Source: Azolla caroliniana (Eukaryota > Plantae > Polypodiophyta). From it: DNA of 64,000 nt. Numbering within the stretch: position 1 is the stretch's first letter; every line of letters starts with the position of its first letter. The stretch is from positions 62,001 through 126,000 of the forward strand of contig JBHGNT010000006.1 of assembly GCA_043228905.1 (NCBI GenBank). Direction: 5' to 3'. The notes beneath the pieces are model-generated. The model ran no database searches. It was not told where the DNA came from and saw nothing but the letters and a program-made list of their open reading frames with translations. The translations under genes and the position numbers were made by a program. Shown here piece after piece: positions 40,301 through 52,400 of this stretch.

Positions 40301-43300
40301 TTGGTAATTTCGTCATGTCTCTCGACCTAAGTTTCAAAATCTTGATTTTTTAATTCCATATCATAGCTAGCGTTGTTAGCTTCGATTCGCATGTTTGTAC
40401 ACAAAAATCCGATATCACACGAGCCAGGTATGAACATTTTTATTTACCTACTAGCTCTTCTTAACTCACTCCTCAAATTTGGTAATTTCTTCATGTCTCT
40501 CGACATGAGTTTCAAAATGTTGATTTTTTTATTCCATATCATAGCTATTGTTGTTAGCTTCGATTCGCATGTTTGAACACAAAAATCCGATATCACACGA
40601 GCCAGGTATGAACATTTTAATTTACTTAAGGGCTCCTCTCAACTCACTCCTCAAATTTGGTAATTACGTCATGTCTCTCGACCTGAGTTTCAAAATCTTG
40701 ATTTTTTAATTCTATATGATAGCTAGCGTTGTTAGCTTCGATTCGCATGTTTGAACACAAAAATCCGATATCACACGAGCCAGGTATGAACATTTTAATT
40801 TACCTACTAGCTCTTCTCAACTCAATCCTCAAATTTGGTAATTTCGTCATGTCTCTCGACCTGAGTTTCAAAATCTTGATTTTTTAATTCCATATCATAG
40901 CTAGCGTTGTTAGCTTCGATTCGCATGTTTGTACACAAAAATCTGATATCACACGAGCCAGGTATGAACATTTTAATTTACCTACTAGCTCTTCTCAACT
41001 CACTCCTCAAATTTGGTAATTACGTCATGTCTCTCGAGCTGATTTTCAAAATCTTGATTTTTTAATTCTATATGATAGCTAGCATTGTAAGCTTCCATTC
41101 GCATGTTTGAATACAAAAATCCGATATCACACGAGCCAGGTATGAACATTTTAATTTACCTACTAGCTCTTCTCAACTAACTCCTCAAATTTGGTAATTT
41201 CGTCATGTCTATCGACCTGAGTTTCAAAATCTTGATTTTTTAATTCCATATCATAGCTAGCGTTGTTAGCTTCGATTCGCATGTTTGTACACAAAAATCC
41301 GATATCACACGAGCCAGGTATGAACATTTTTATTTACTCAAGCGCTCCTCTCAACTCAGTCCTCAAATTTGGTAATTACGTCATGTCTCTCGACCTGAGT
41401 TTCAAAATCTTGATTTTTTAATTCTATATGATAGCTAGCGTTGTTAGCTTCGATTCGCATGTTTGAACACAAAAATCCGATATCACACGAGCCAGGTATG
41501 AACATTTTAATTTACCTACTAGCTCTTCTCAACTAACTCCTCAAATTTGGTAATTTCGTCATGTCTCTCGACCTGAGTTTCAAAATCTTGATTTTTTAAT
41601 TCTATATGATAGCTAGCGTTGTTAGCTTCGATTCGCATGTTTGAACACAAAAATCCGATATCACACGAGCCAGGTATGAACATTTTAATTTACCTACTAG
41701 CTCTTCTCAACTAACTCCTCAAATTTGGTAATTTCGTCATGTCTCTCGACCTAAGTTTCAAAATCTTGATTTTTTAATTCCATATCATAGCTAGCGTTGT
41801 TAGCTTCGATTCGCATGTTTGTACACAAAAATCCGATATCACACGAGCCAGGTATGAACATTTTAATTTACCTACTAGCTCTTCTCAACTCAGTCCTCAA
41901 ATTTGGTAATTTCGTCATGTCTCTCGACCTGAGTTTCAAAATCTTGATTTTTTAATTCTATATGATAGCTAGCGTTGTTAGCTTCGATTCGCATGTTTGA
42001 ACATAAAAATCAGATATCACACGAGCCAGGTATGAACATTTTTATTTACCTACTAGCTCTTCTCAACTCAATGCTCAAATTTGGTAATTACGTCATGTCT
42101 CTCGAGCTGAGTTTCAAAATCTTGATTTTTTAATTCTATATGATAGCTAGCATTGTTAGCTTCGAATCGCATGTTTGAATACAAAAATCCGATATCACAC
42201 GAGCCAGGTATGAACATTTTAATTTACTCAAGGACTCCTCTCAACTGACTCCTCAGATTTGGTAATTACGTCATGTCTCTCGACCTGAGTTTCAAAATCT
42301 TGATTTTTTAATTCTATATGATAGCTAGCGTTAGCTTCGATTCTCATGTTTGAACACAAAAATCCGATATCACACGAGCCAGGTATGAACATTTTTATTT
42401 ACCTACTAGCTCTTCTCAACTCAATGCTCAAATTTGGTAATTACGTCATGTCTCTCGAGCTGAGTTTCAAAATCTTGATTTTTTAATTCTATATGATAGC
42501 TAGCGTTGTTAGCTTCGATTCGCATGTTTGTACACAAAAATCCGATATCACACGAGCCAGGTATGAACATTTTTATTTACTCAAGGGCTCCTCTCAACTC
42601 ACTCCTCAAATTTGGTAATTACGTCATGTCTCTCGACCTGAGTTTCAAAATCTTGATTTTTTAATTCCATATCATAGCTAGCGTTGTTAGCTTCGATTTG
42701 CATGTTTGAACACAAATATCCGATATCATACGAGCCAGGTATGAACATTTTAATTTACCTACTAGCTCTTCTCAACTCACTCCTCAAATTTGGTAATTTC
42801 TTCATGTCTCTCGACCTGAGTTTCAAAATGTTGATTTTCTTATTCCATATCATAGCTAGCGTTGTTAGCTTCGATTCGCATGTTTGAACACAAAAATCCG
42901 ATATCACACGAGCCAGGTATGAACATTTTAATTTACCTACTAGCTCTTCTCAACTAACTCCTCAAATTTGGTAATTACGTGATGTCTCTCGACCTGAGTT
43001 TCAAAATCTTGATTTTCTAATTCTATATGATAGCTAGCGTTGTTAGCTTCGATTCGCATGTTTGAACACAAAAATCCGATATCACACGAGCCAGGTATGA
43101 ACATTTTAATTTACCTACTAGCTCTTCTCAACTAACTCCTCAAATTTGGTAATTTCGTCATGTCTCTCGACCTGAGTTTCAAAATCTTGATTTTTTAATT
43201 CTATATGATAGCTAGCGTTGTTAGCTTCGATTCGCATGTTTGAACACAAAAATCCGATATCACACGAGCCAGGTATGAACATTTTAATTTACCTACTAGC

Positions 43301-43457
43301 TCTTCTCAACTAACTCCTCAAATTTGGTAATTTCGTCATGTCTCTCGACCTAAGTTTCAAAATCTTGATTTTTTAATTCCATATCATAGCTAGCGTTGTT
43401 AGCTTCGATTCGCATGTTTGTACACAAAAATCCGATATCACACGAGCCAGGTATGAA
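37307..43457 (+). repeat. 17-monomer tandem duplication (period 3023 bp = 17x178-3); both copies carry a 3-bp deletion
   Basis: gcgttgttag is shortened to gcgttag at ~39307 and ~42330; cagatttgg 39231/42254; tttctaatt 39991/43014; ORFs 37350/40373 and 39661/42684. Confidence 0.93.
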
Positions 43458-45899
43458 GATTTTAATTTACCTACTAGCTCTTCTCAACTCAGTCCTCAAA
43501 TTTGGTAATTTCGTCATGTCTCTCGACCTGAGTTTCAAAATCTTGATTTTTTAATTCTATATGATAGCTAGCGTTGTTAGCTTCGATTCGCATGTTTGAA
43601 CATAAAAATCCGATATCACACGAGCCAGGTATGAACATTTTTATTTACCTACTAGCTCTTCTCAACTCAATGCTCAAATTTCGTAATTACGTCATGTCTC
43701 TCGAGCTGAGTTTCAAAATCTTGATTTTTTAATTCTATATGATAGCTAGCATTGTTAGCTTCGAATCGCATGTTTGAATACAAAAATCCGATATCACACG
43801 AGCCAGGTATGAACATTTTAATTTACTCAAGGACTCCTCTCAACTGACTCCTCAAATTTGGTAATTACGTCATGTCTCTCGACCTGAGTTTCAAAATCTT
43901 GATTTTTTAATTCTATATGATAGCTAGCGTTGTTAGCTTCGATTCGCATGTTTGAACACAAAAATCCGATATCACACGAGCCAGGTATGAACATTTTTAT
44001 TTACCTACTAGCTCTTCTCAACTCAATCCTCAAATTTGGTAATTTCGTCATGTCTCTCGACCTGAGTTTCAAAATCTTGATTTTTTAATTCCATGTCATA
44101 GCTAGCGTTGTTAGCTTCGATTCGCATGTTTGTACACAAAAATCCGATATCACACGAGCCAGGTATGAACATTTTTATTTACTCAAGGGCTCCTCTCAAC
44201 TCACTCCTCAAATTTGGTAATTACGTCATGTCTCTCGACCTGAGTTTCAAAATCTTGATTTTTTAATTCCATATCATAGCTAGCGTTGTTAGCTTCGATT
44301 TGCATGTTTGAACACAAATATCCGATATCATACGAGCCAGGTATGAACATTTTAATTTACTCAAGCGCTCCTCTCAACTCACTCCTCAAATTTGGTAATT
44401 ACGTCATGTCTCTCGACCTGAGTTTCAAAATCTTGATTTTTTAATTCCATATCATAGCTAGCGTTGTTAGCTTCGATTTGCATGTTTGAACACAAAAATC
44501 CGATATCACACGAGCCAGGTATGAACATTTTAATTTACTCAACAGCTCCTCTCAACTCAGTCCTCAAATTTGGTAATTACGTCATGTCTCTCGACCTGAG
44601 TTTCAAAATCTTGATTTTTTAATTCTATATGATAGCTAGCGTTGTTAGCTTCGATTCGCATGTTTGAACACAAAAATCCGATATCACACGAGCCAGGTAT
44701 GAACATTTTAATATACCTACTAGCTCTTCTCAACTAACTCCTCAAATTTGGTAATTTCGTCATGTCTCTCGACCTGAGTTTCAAAATCTTGATTTTTTAA
44801 TTCTATATGATAGCTAGCGTTGTTAGCTTCGATTCGCATGTTTGAACACAAAAATCCGATATCACACGAGCCAGGTATGAACATTTTAATTTACCTACTA
44901 GCTCTTCTCAACTAACTCCTCAAATTTGGTAATTTCGTCATGTCTCTCGACCTAAGTTTGAAAATCTTGATTTTTTAATTCCATATCATAGCTAGCGTTG
45001 TTAGCTTCGATTCGCATGTTTGTACACAAAAATCCGATATCACACGAGCCAGGTATGAACATTTTAATTTACCTACTAGCTCTTCTCAACTCAGTCCTCA
45101 AATTTGGTAATTTCGTCATGTCTCTCGACCTGAGTTTCAAAATCTTGATTTTTTAATTCTATATGATAGCTAGCGTTGTTAGCTTCGATTCGCATGTTTG
45201 AACATAAAAATCCGATATCACACGAGCCAGGTATGAACATTTTTATTTACCTACTAGCTCTTCTCGACTCAATGCTCAAATTTGGTAATTACGTCATGTC
45301 TCTCGAGCTGAGTTTCAAAATCTTGATTTTTTAATTCTATATGATAGCTAGCATTGTTAGCTTCGAATCGCATGTTTGAATACAAAAATCCGATATCACA
45401 CGAGCCAGGTATGAACATTTTAATTTCCTCAAGGACTCCTCTCAACTGACTCCTCAAATTTGGTAATTACGTCATGTCTCTCGACCTGAGTTTCAAAATC
45501 TTGATTTTTTAATTCTATATGATAGCTAGCGTTGTTAGCTTCGATTCGCATGTTTGAACACAAAAATCCGATATCACACGAGCCAGGTATGAACATTTTA
45601 ATTTACCTACTAGCTCTTCTCAACTCACTCCTCAAATTTGGTAATTTCTTCATGTCTCTCGACCTGAGTTTCAAAATGTTGATTTTCTTATTCCATATCA
45701 TAGCTAGCGTTGTTAGCTTCGATTCGCATGTTTGAACACAAAAATCCGATATCACACGAGCCAGGTATGAACATTTTAATTCACTTAAGGGCTCCTCTCA
45801 ACTCACTCCTCAAATTTGGTAATTACGTGATGTCTCTCGACCTGAGTTTCAAAATCTTGATTTTTTAATTCTATATGATAGCTAGCGTTATTAGCTTCG

Positions 45900-48800
45900 A
45901 TTCGCATGTTTGAACACAAAAATCCGATATCACACGAGCCAGGTATGAACATTTTAATTTACCTACTAGCTCTTCTCAACTCAATCCTCAAATTTGGAAA
46001 TTTCGTCATGTCTCTCGACCTGAGTTTCAAAATCTTGATTTTTTAATTCCATATCATAGCTAGCGTTGTTAGCTTCGATTCGCATGTTTGTACACAAAAA
46101 TCTGATATCACACGAGCCAGGTATGAACATTTTTATTTACCTACTAGCTCTTCTCAACTCACTCCTCAAATTTGGTAATTACGTCATGTCTCTCGAGCTG
46201 AGTTTCAAAATCTTGATTTTTTAATTCTATATGATAGCTAGCGTTGTTAGCTTCGATTCGCATGTTTGAACACAAAAATCCGATATCACACGAGCCAGGT
46301 ATGAACATTTTTATTTACCTACTAGCTCTTCTCAACTAACTCCTCAAATTTGGTAATTTCGTCATGTCTCTCGACCTGAGTTTCAAAATCTTGATTTTTT
46401 AATTCCATATCATAGCTAGCGTTGTTAGCTTTGATTCGCATGTTTGAACACAAAAATCCGATCTCACACGAGCCAGGTATGAACATTTTAATTTACTTAA
46501 GGGCTCCTCTCAACTCACTCCTGAAATTTGGTAATTACGTCATGTCTCTCGACCTGAGTTTCAAAATCTTGATTTTTTAATTCTATATGATAGCTAGCAT
46601 TGTTAGCTTCCATTCGCATGTTTGAATACAAAAATCGGATATCACACGAGCCAGGTATGAACATTTTAATTTACTCAAGGACTCCTCTCAACTGACTCCT
46701 CAAATTCGGTAATTTCGTCATGTCTCTCGACCTGAGATTCAGAATCTTGATTTTTTAATTCCATATCATAGCTAGCGTTGTTAGCTTCGATTGGCATGTT
46801 TGAATATAAAAATCCGATGTCACACGAGCCAGGTATGAACATTTTAATTTACCTACTAGCTCTTCTCAACTCACTCCTCAAATTTGGTAATTTCGTCATG
46901 TCTCTCGACCTGAGTTTCAAAATCTTGATTTTTTAATTCCATATCATAGCTAGCGTTGTTAGCTTCGATTCGCATGTTTGAATATAAAAATCCGATGTCA
47001 CACGAGCCAGGTATGAACATTTTAATTTACCTACTAGCTCTTCTCAACTGAGTTCTCAAATTTGGTAATTTCGTCATGTCTCTCGACCTGAGTTTCAAAA
47101 TCTTGATTTTTTAATTCTATATGATAGCTAGCGTTGTTAGCTTCGATTCGCATGTTTGAACATAAAAATCCGATATCACACGAGCCAGGTATGAACATTT
47201 TTATTTACCTACTAGCTCTTCTCAACTCAATGCTCAAATTTGGTAATTTCGTCATGTCTCTCGACCTTAGTTTCAAAATCTTGATTTTTTAATTCCATAT
47301 CATAGCTAGCGTTGTTAGCTTCGATTCGCATGTTTGAACACAAATATCCGATATCACACGAGCCAGGTATGAACATTTTAATTTACTCAAGGGCTCCTCT
47401 CAACTCACTCCTGAAATTTGGTAATTACGTCATGTCTCTCGACCTGAGTTTCAAAATCTTGATTTTTTAATTCTATATGATAGCTAGCGTTGTTAGCTTC
47501 GATTCGCATGTTTGAACACAAAAATCCGATATCACACGAGCCAGGTATGAACATTTTAATTTACCTACTAGCTCTTCTCAACTCAATCCTCAAATTTGGA
47601 AATTTCGTCATGTCTCTCGACCTGAGTTTCAAAATCTTGATTTTTTAATTCCATATCATAGCTAGCGTTGTTAGCTTCGATTCGCATGTTTGTACACAAA
47701 AATCTGATATCACACGAGCCAGGTATGAACATTTTTATTTACCTACTAGCTCTTCTCAACTCACTCCTCAAATTTGGTAATTACGTCATGTCTCTCGAGC
47801 TGAGTTTCAAAATCTTGATTTTTTAATTCTATATGATAGCTAGCATTGTTAGCTTCGATTCGCATGTTTGAACACAAAAATCCGATATCACACGAGCCAG
47901 GTATGAACATTTTTATTTACCTACTAGCTCTTCTCAACTCAATGCTCAAATTTGGTAATTTCGTCATGTCTCTCGACCTGAGTTTCAAAATCTTGATTTT
48001 TTAATTCCATATCATAGCTAGCGTTGTTAGCTTTGATTCGCATGTTTGAACACAAAAATCCGATATCACACGAGCCAGGTATGAACATTTTAATTTACTT
48101 AAGGGCTCCTCTCAACTCACTCCTGAAATTTGGTAATTACGTCATGTCTCTCGACCTGAGTTTCAAAATCTTGATTTTTTAATTCTATATGATAGCTATT
48201 ATTGTTAGCTTCCATTCGCATGTTTGAATACAAAAATCGGATATCACACGAGCCAGGTATGAACATTTTAATTTACTCAAGGACTCCTCTCAACTAACTC
48301 CTCAAATTCGGTAATTTCGTCATGTCTCTCGACCTGAGTTTCAGAATCTTGATTTTTTAATTCCATATCATAGCTAGCGTTGTTAGCTTCGATTCACATG
48401 TTTGAATATAAAAATCCGATGTCACACGAGCCAGGTATGAACATTTTAATTTACCTACTAGCTCTTCTCAACTCACTCCTCAAATTTGGTAATTTTGTCA
48501 TGTCTCTCGACCTGAGTTTCAAAATCTTGATTTTTTAATTCCATATCATAGCTAGCGTTGTTAGCTTCAATTCACATGTTTGAATATAAAAATCCGATGT
48601 CACACGAGCCAGGTATGAACATTTTAATTTACCTACTAGCTCTTCTCAACTGAGTTCTCAAATTTGGTAATTTCGTCATGTCTCTCGACCTGAGTTTCAA
48701 AATCTTGATTTTTTAATTCTATATGATAGCTAGCGTTGTTAGCTTCGATTCGCATGTTTGAACATAAAAATCCGATATCACACGAGCCAGGTATGAACAT

Positions 48801-49440
48801 TTTTATTTACCTACTAGCTCTTCTCAACTCAATGCTCAAATTTGGTAATTTCGTCATGTCTCTCGACCTTAGTTTCAAAATCTTGATTTTTTAATTCTAT
48901 ATGATAGCTAGCGTTGTTAGCTTCGTTTCGCATGTTTGAACACAAATATCCGATATCACACGAGCCAGGTATGAACATTTTAATTTACTCAAGGGCTCCT
49001 CTCAACTCACTCCTGAAATTTGGTAATTACGTCATGTCTCTCGACCTGAGTTTCAAAATCTTGATTTTTTAATTCTATATGATAGCTAGCGTTGTTAGCT
49101 TCGATTCGCATGTTTGAACACAAAAATCCGATATCACACGAGCCAGGTATGAACATTTTAATTTACCTACTAGCTCTTCTCAACTCAATCCTCAAATTTG
49201 GAAATTTCGTCATGTCTCTCGACCTGAGTTTCAAAATCTTGATTTTTTAATTCCATATCATAGCTAGCGTTGTTAGCTTCGATTCGCATGTTTGTACACA
49301 AAAATCTGATATCACACGAGCCAGGTATGAACATTTTTATTTACCTACTAGCTCTTCTCAACTCACTCCTCAAATTTGGTAATTACGTCATGTCTCTCGA
49401 GCTGAGTTTCAAAATCTTGATTTTTTAATTCTATATGATA
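45900..49440 (+). repeat. Older 9-monomer higher-order repeat (period 1602 bp), largely nested in the 25-mer
   Basis: tcggatatc 46635/48237, tgagttctca 47049/48651, ctttgattcg 46429/48031. The copies differ at more sites than the 25-mer copies do. Confidence 0.85.
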
Positions 49441-52400
49441 GCTAGGGTTGTTAGCTTCGATTCGCATGTTTGAACATAAAAATCCGATATCACACGAGCC
49501 AGGTATGAACATTTTTATTTACCTACTAGCTCTTCTCAACTCAATGCTCAAATTTGGTAATTACGTCATGTCTCTCGAGCTGAGTTTCAAAATCTTGATT
49601 TTTTAATTCTATATGATAGCTAGCATTGTTAGCTTCGAATCGCATGTTTGAATACAAAAATCCGATATCACACGAGCCAGGTATGAACATTTTAATTTAC
49701 TCAAGGACTCTTCTCAACTGAATGCTCAAATTTGGTAATTTCGTCATGTCTCTCGACCTGAGTTTCAAAATCTTGATTTTTTAATTCCATATCATAGCTA
49801 GCGTTGTTAGCTTCGATTCGCATGTTTGTACACAAAAATCTGATATCACACGAGCCAGGTATGAACATTTTTATTTACCTACTAGCTCTTCTTAACTCAC
49901 TCCTCAAATTTGGTAATTACGTCATGTCTCTCGAGCTGATTTTCAAAATCTTGATTTTTTAATTCTATATGATAGCTAGCATTGTTTGCTTCCATTCGCA
50001 TGTTTGAATACAAAAATCCGATATCTCACGAGCCAGGTATGAACATTTTAATTTACTCAAGGACTCCTCTCAACTTACTCCTCAAATTTGGTAATTACCT
50101 CATGTCTCTCGACCTGAGTTTCAAAATCTTGATTTTTTAATTCTATATGATAGCTAGCGTTGTTAGCTTCGATTCGCATGTTTGAACACAAAAATCCGAT
50201 ATCACACGAGCCAGGTATGAACATTTTAATTTACCTACTAGCTCTTCTCAACTCACTCCTCAAATTTGGTAATTTCTTCATGTCTCTCGACCTGAGTTTC
50301 AAAATGTTGATTTTCTTATTCCATATCATAGCTAGCGTTGTTAGCTTCGATTCGCATGTTTGAACACAAAAATCCGATATCACACGAGCCAGGTATGAAC
50401 ATTTTAATTTACTTAAGGGCTCCTCTCAACTCACTCCTCAAATTTGGTAATTACGTGATGTCTCTCGACCTGAGTTTCAAAATCTTGATTTTTTAATTCT
50501 ATATGATAGCTAGCGTTATTAGCTTCGATTCGCATGTTTGAACACAAAAATCCGATATCACACGAGCCAGGTATGAACATTTTAATTTACCTACTAGCTC
50601 TTCTCAACTCAATCCTCAAATTTGGAAATTTCGTCATGTCTCTCGACCTGAGTTTCAAAATCTTGATTTTTTAATTCCATATCATAGCTAGCGTTGTTAG
50701 GCTCGATTCGCATGTTTGTACACAAAAATCTGATATCACACGAGCCAGGTATGAACATTTTTATTTACCTACTAGCTCTTCTCAACTGAATGCTCAAATT
50801 TGGTAATTTCTTCATGTCTCTCGACCTGAGTTTCAAAATCTTGATTTTTTAATTCCATATCATAGCTAGCGTTGTTAGCTTCGATTCGCATGTTTGAACA
50901 CAAAAATCCGATATCACACGAGCCAGGTATGAACATTTTAATTTACTTAAGGGCTCCTCTCAACTCACTCCTGAAATTTGGTAATTACGTCATGTCTCTC
51001 GACCTGAGTTTCAAAATCTTGATTTTTTAATTCTATATGATAGCTAGCATTGTTAGCTTCCATTCGCATGTTTGAATACAAAAATCGGATATCACACGAG
51101 CCAGGTATGAACATTTTAATTTACTCAAGGACTCCTCTCAACTGACTCCTCAAATTCGGTAATTTCGTCATGTCTCTCGACCTGAGATTCAGAATCTTGA
51201 TTTTTTAATTCCATATCATAGCTAGCGTTGTTAGCTTCGATTGGCATGTTTGAATATAAAAATCCGATGTCACACGAGCCAGGTATGAACATTTTAATTT
51301 ACCTACTAGCTCTTCTCAACTCACTCCTCAAATTTGGTAATTTCGTCATGTCTCTCGACCTGAGTTTCAAAATCTTGATTTTTTAATTCCATATCATAGC
51401 TAGCGTTGTTAGCTTCGATTCGCATGTTTGAATATAAAAATCCGATGTCACACGAGCCAGGTATGAACATTTTAATTTACCTACTAGCTCTTCTCAACTG
51501 AGTTCTCAAATTTGGTAATTTCGTCATGTCTCTCGACCTGAGTTTCAAAATCTTGATTTTTTAATTCTATATGATAGCTAGCGTTGTTAGCTTCGATTCG
51601 CATGTTTGAACATAAAAATCCGATATCACACGAGCCAGGTATGAACATTTTTATTTACCTACTAGCTCTTCTCAACTCAATGCTCAAATTTGGTAATTTC
51701 GTCATGTCTCTCGACCTTAGTTTCAAAATCTTGATTTTTTAATTCCATATCATAGCTAGCGTTGTTAGCTTCGATTCGCATGTTTGAACACAAATATCCG
51801 ATATCACACGAGCCAGGTATGAACATTTTAATTTACTCAAGGGCTCCTCTCAACTCACTCCTGAAATTTGGTAATTACGTCATGTCTCTCGACCTGAGTT
51901 TCAAAATCTTGATTTTTTAATTCTATATGATAGCTAGCGTTGTTAGCTTCGATTCGCATGTTTGAACACAAAAATCCGATATCACACGAGCCAGGTATGA
52001 ACATTTTAATTTACCTACTAGCTCTTCTCAACTCAATCCTCAAATTTGGAAATTTCGTCATGTCTCTCGACCTGAGTTTCAAAATCTTGATTTTTTAATT
52101 CCATATCATAGCTAGCGTTGTTAGCTTCGATTCGCATGTTTGTACACAAAAATCTGATATCACACGAGCCAGGTATGAACATTTTTATTTACCTACTAGC
52201 TCTTCTCAACTCACTCCTCAAATTTGGTAATTACGTCATGTCTCTCGAGCTGAGTTTCAAAATCTTGATTTTTTAATTCTATATGATAGCTAGCATTGTT
52301 AGCTTCGATTCGCATGTTTGAACACAAAAATCCGATATCACACGAGCCAGGTATGAACATTTTTATTTACCTACTAGCTCTTCTCAACTCAATGCTCAAA

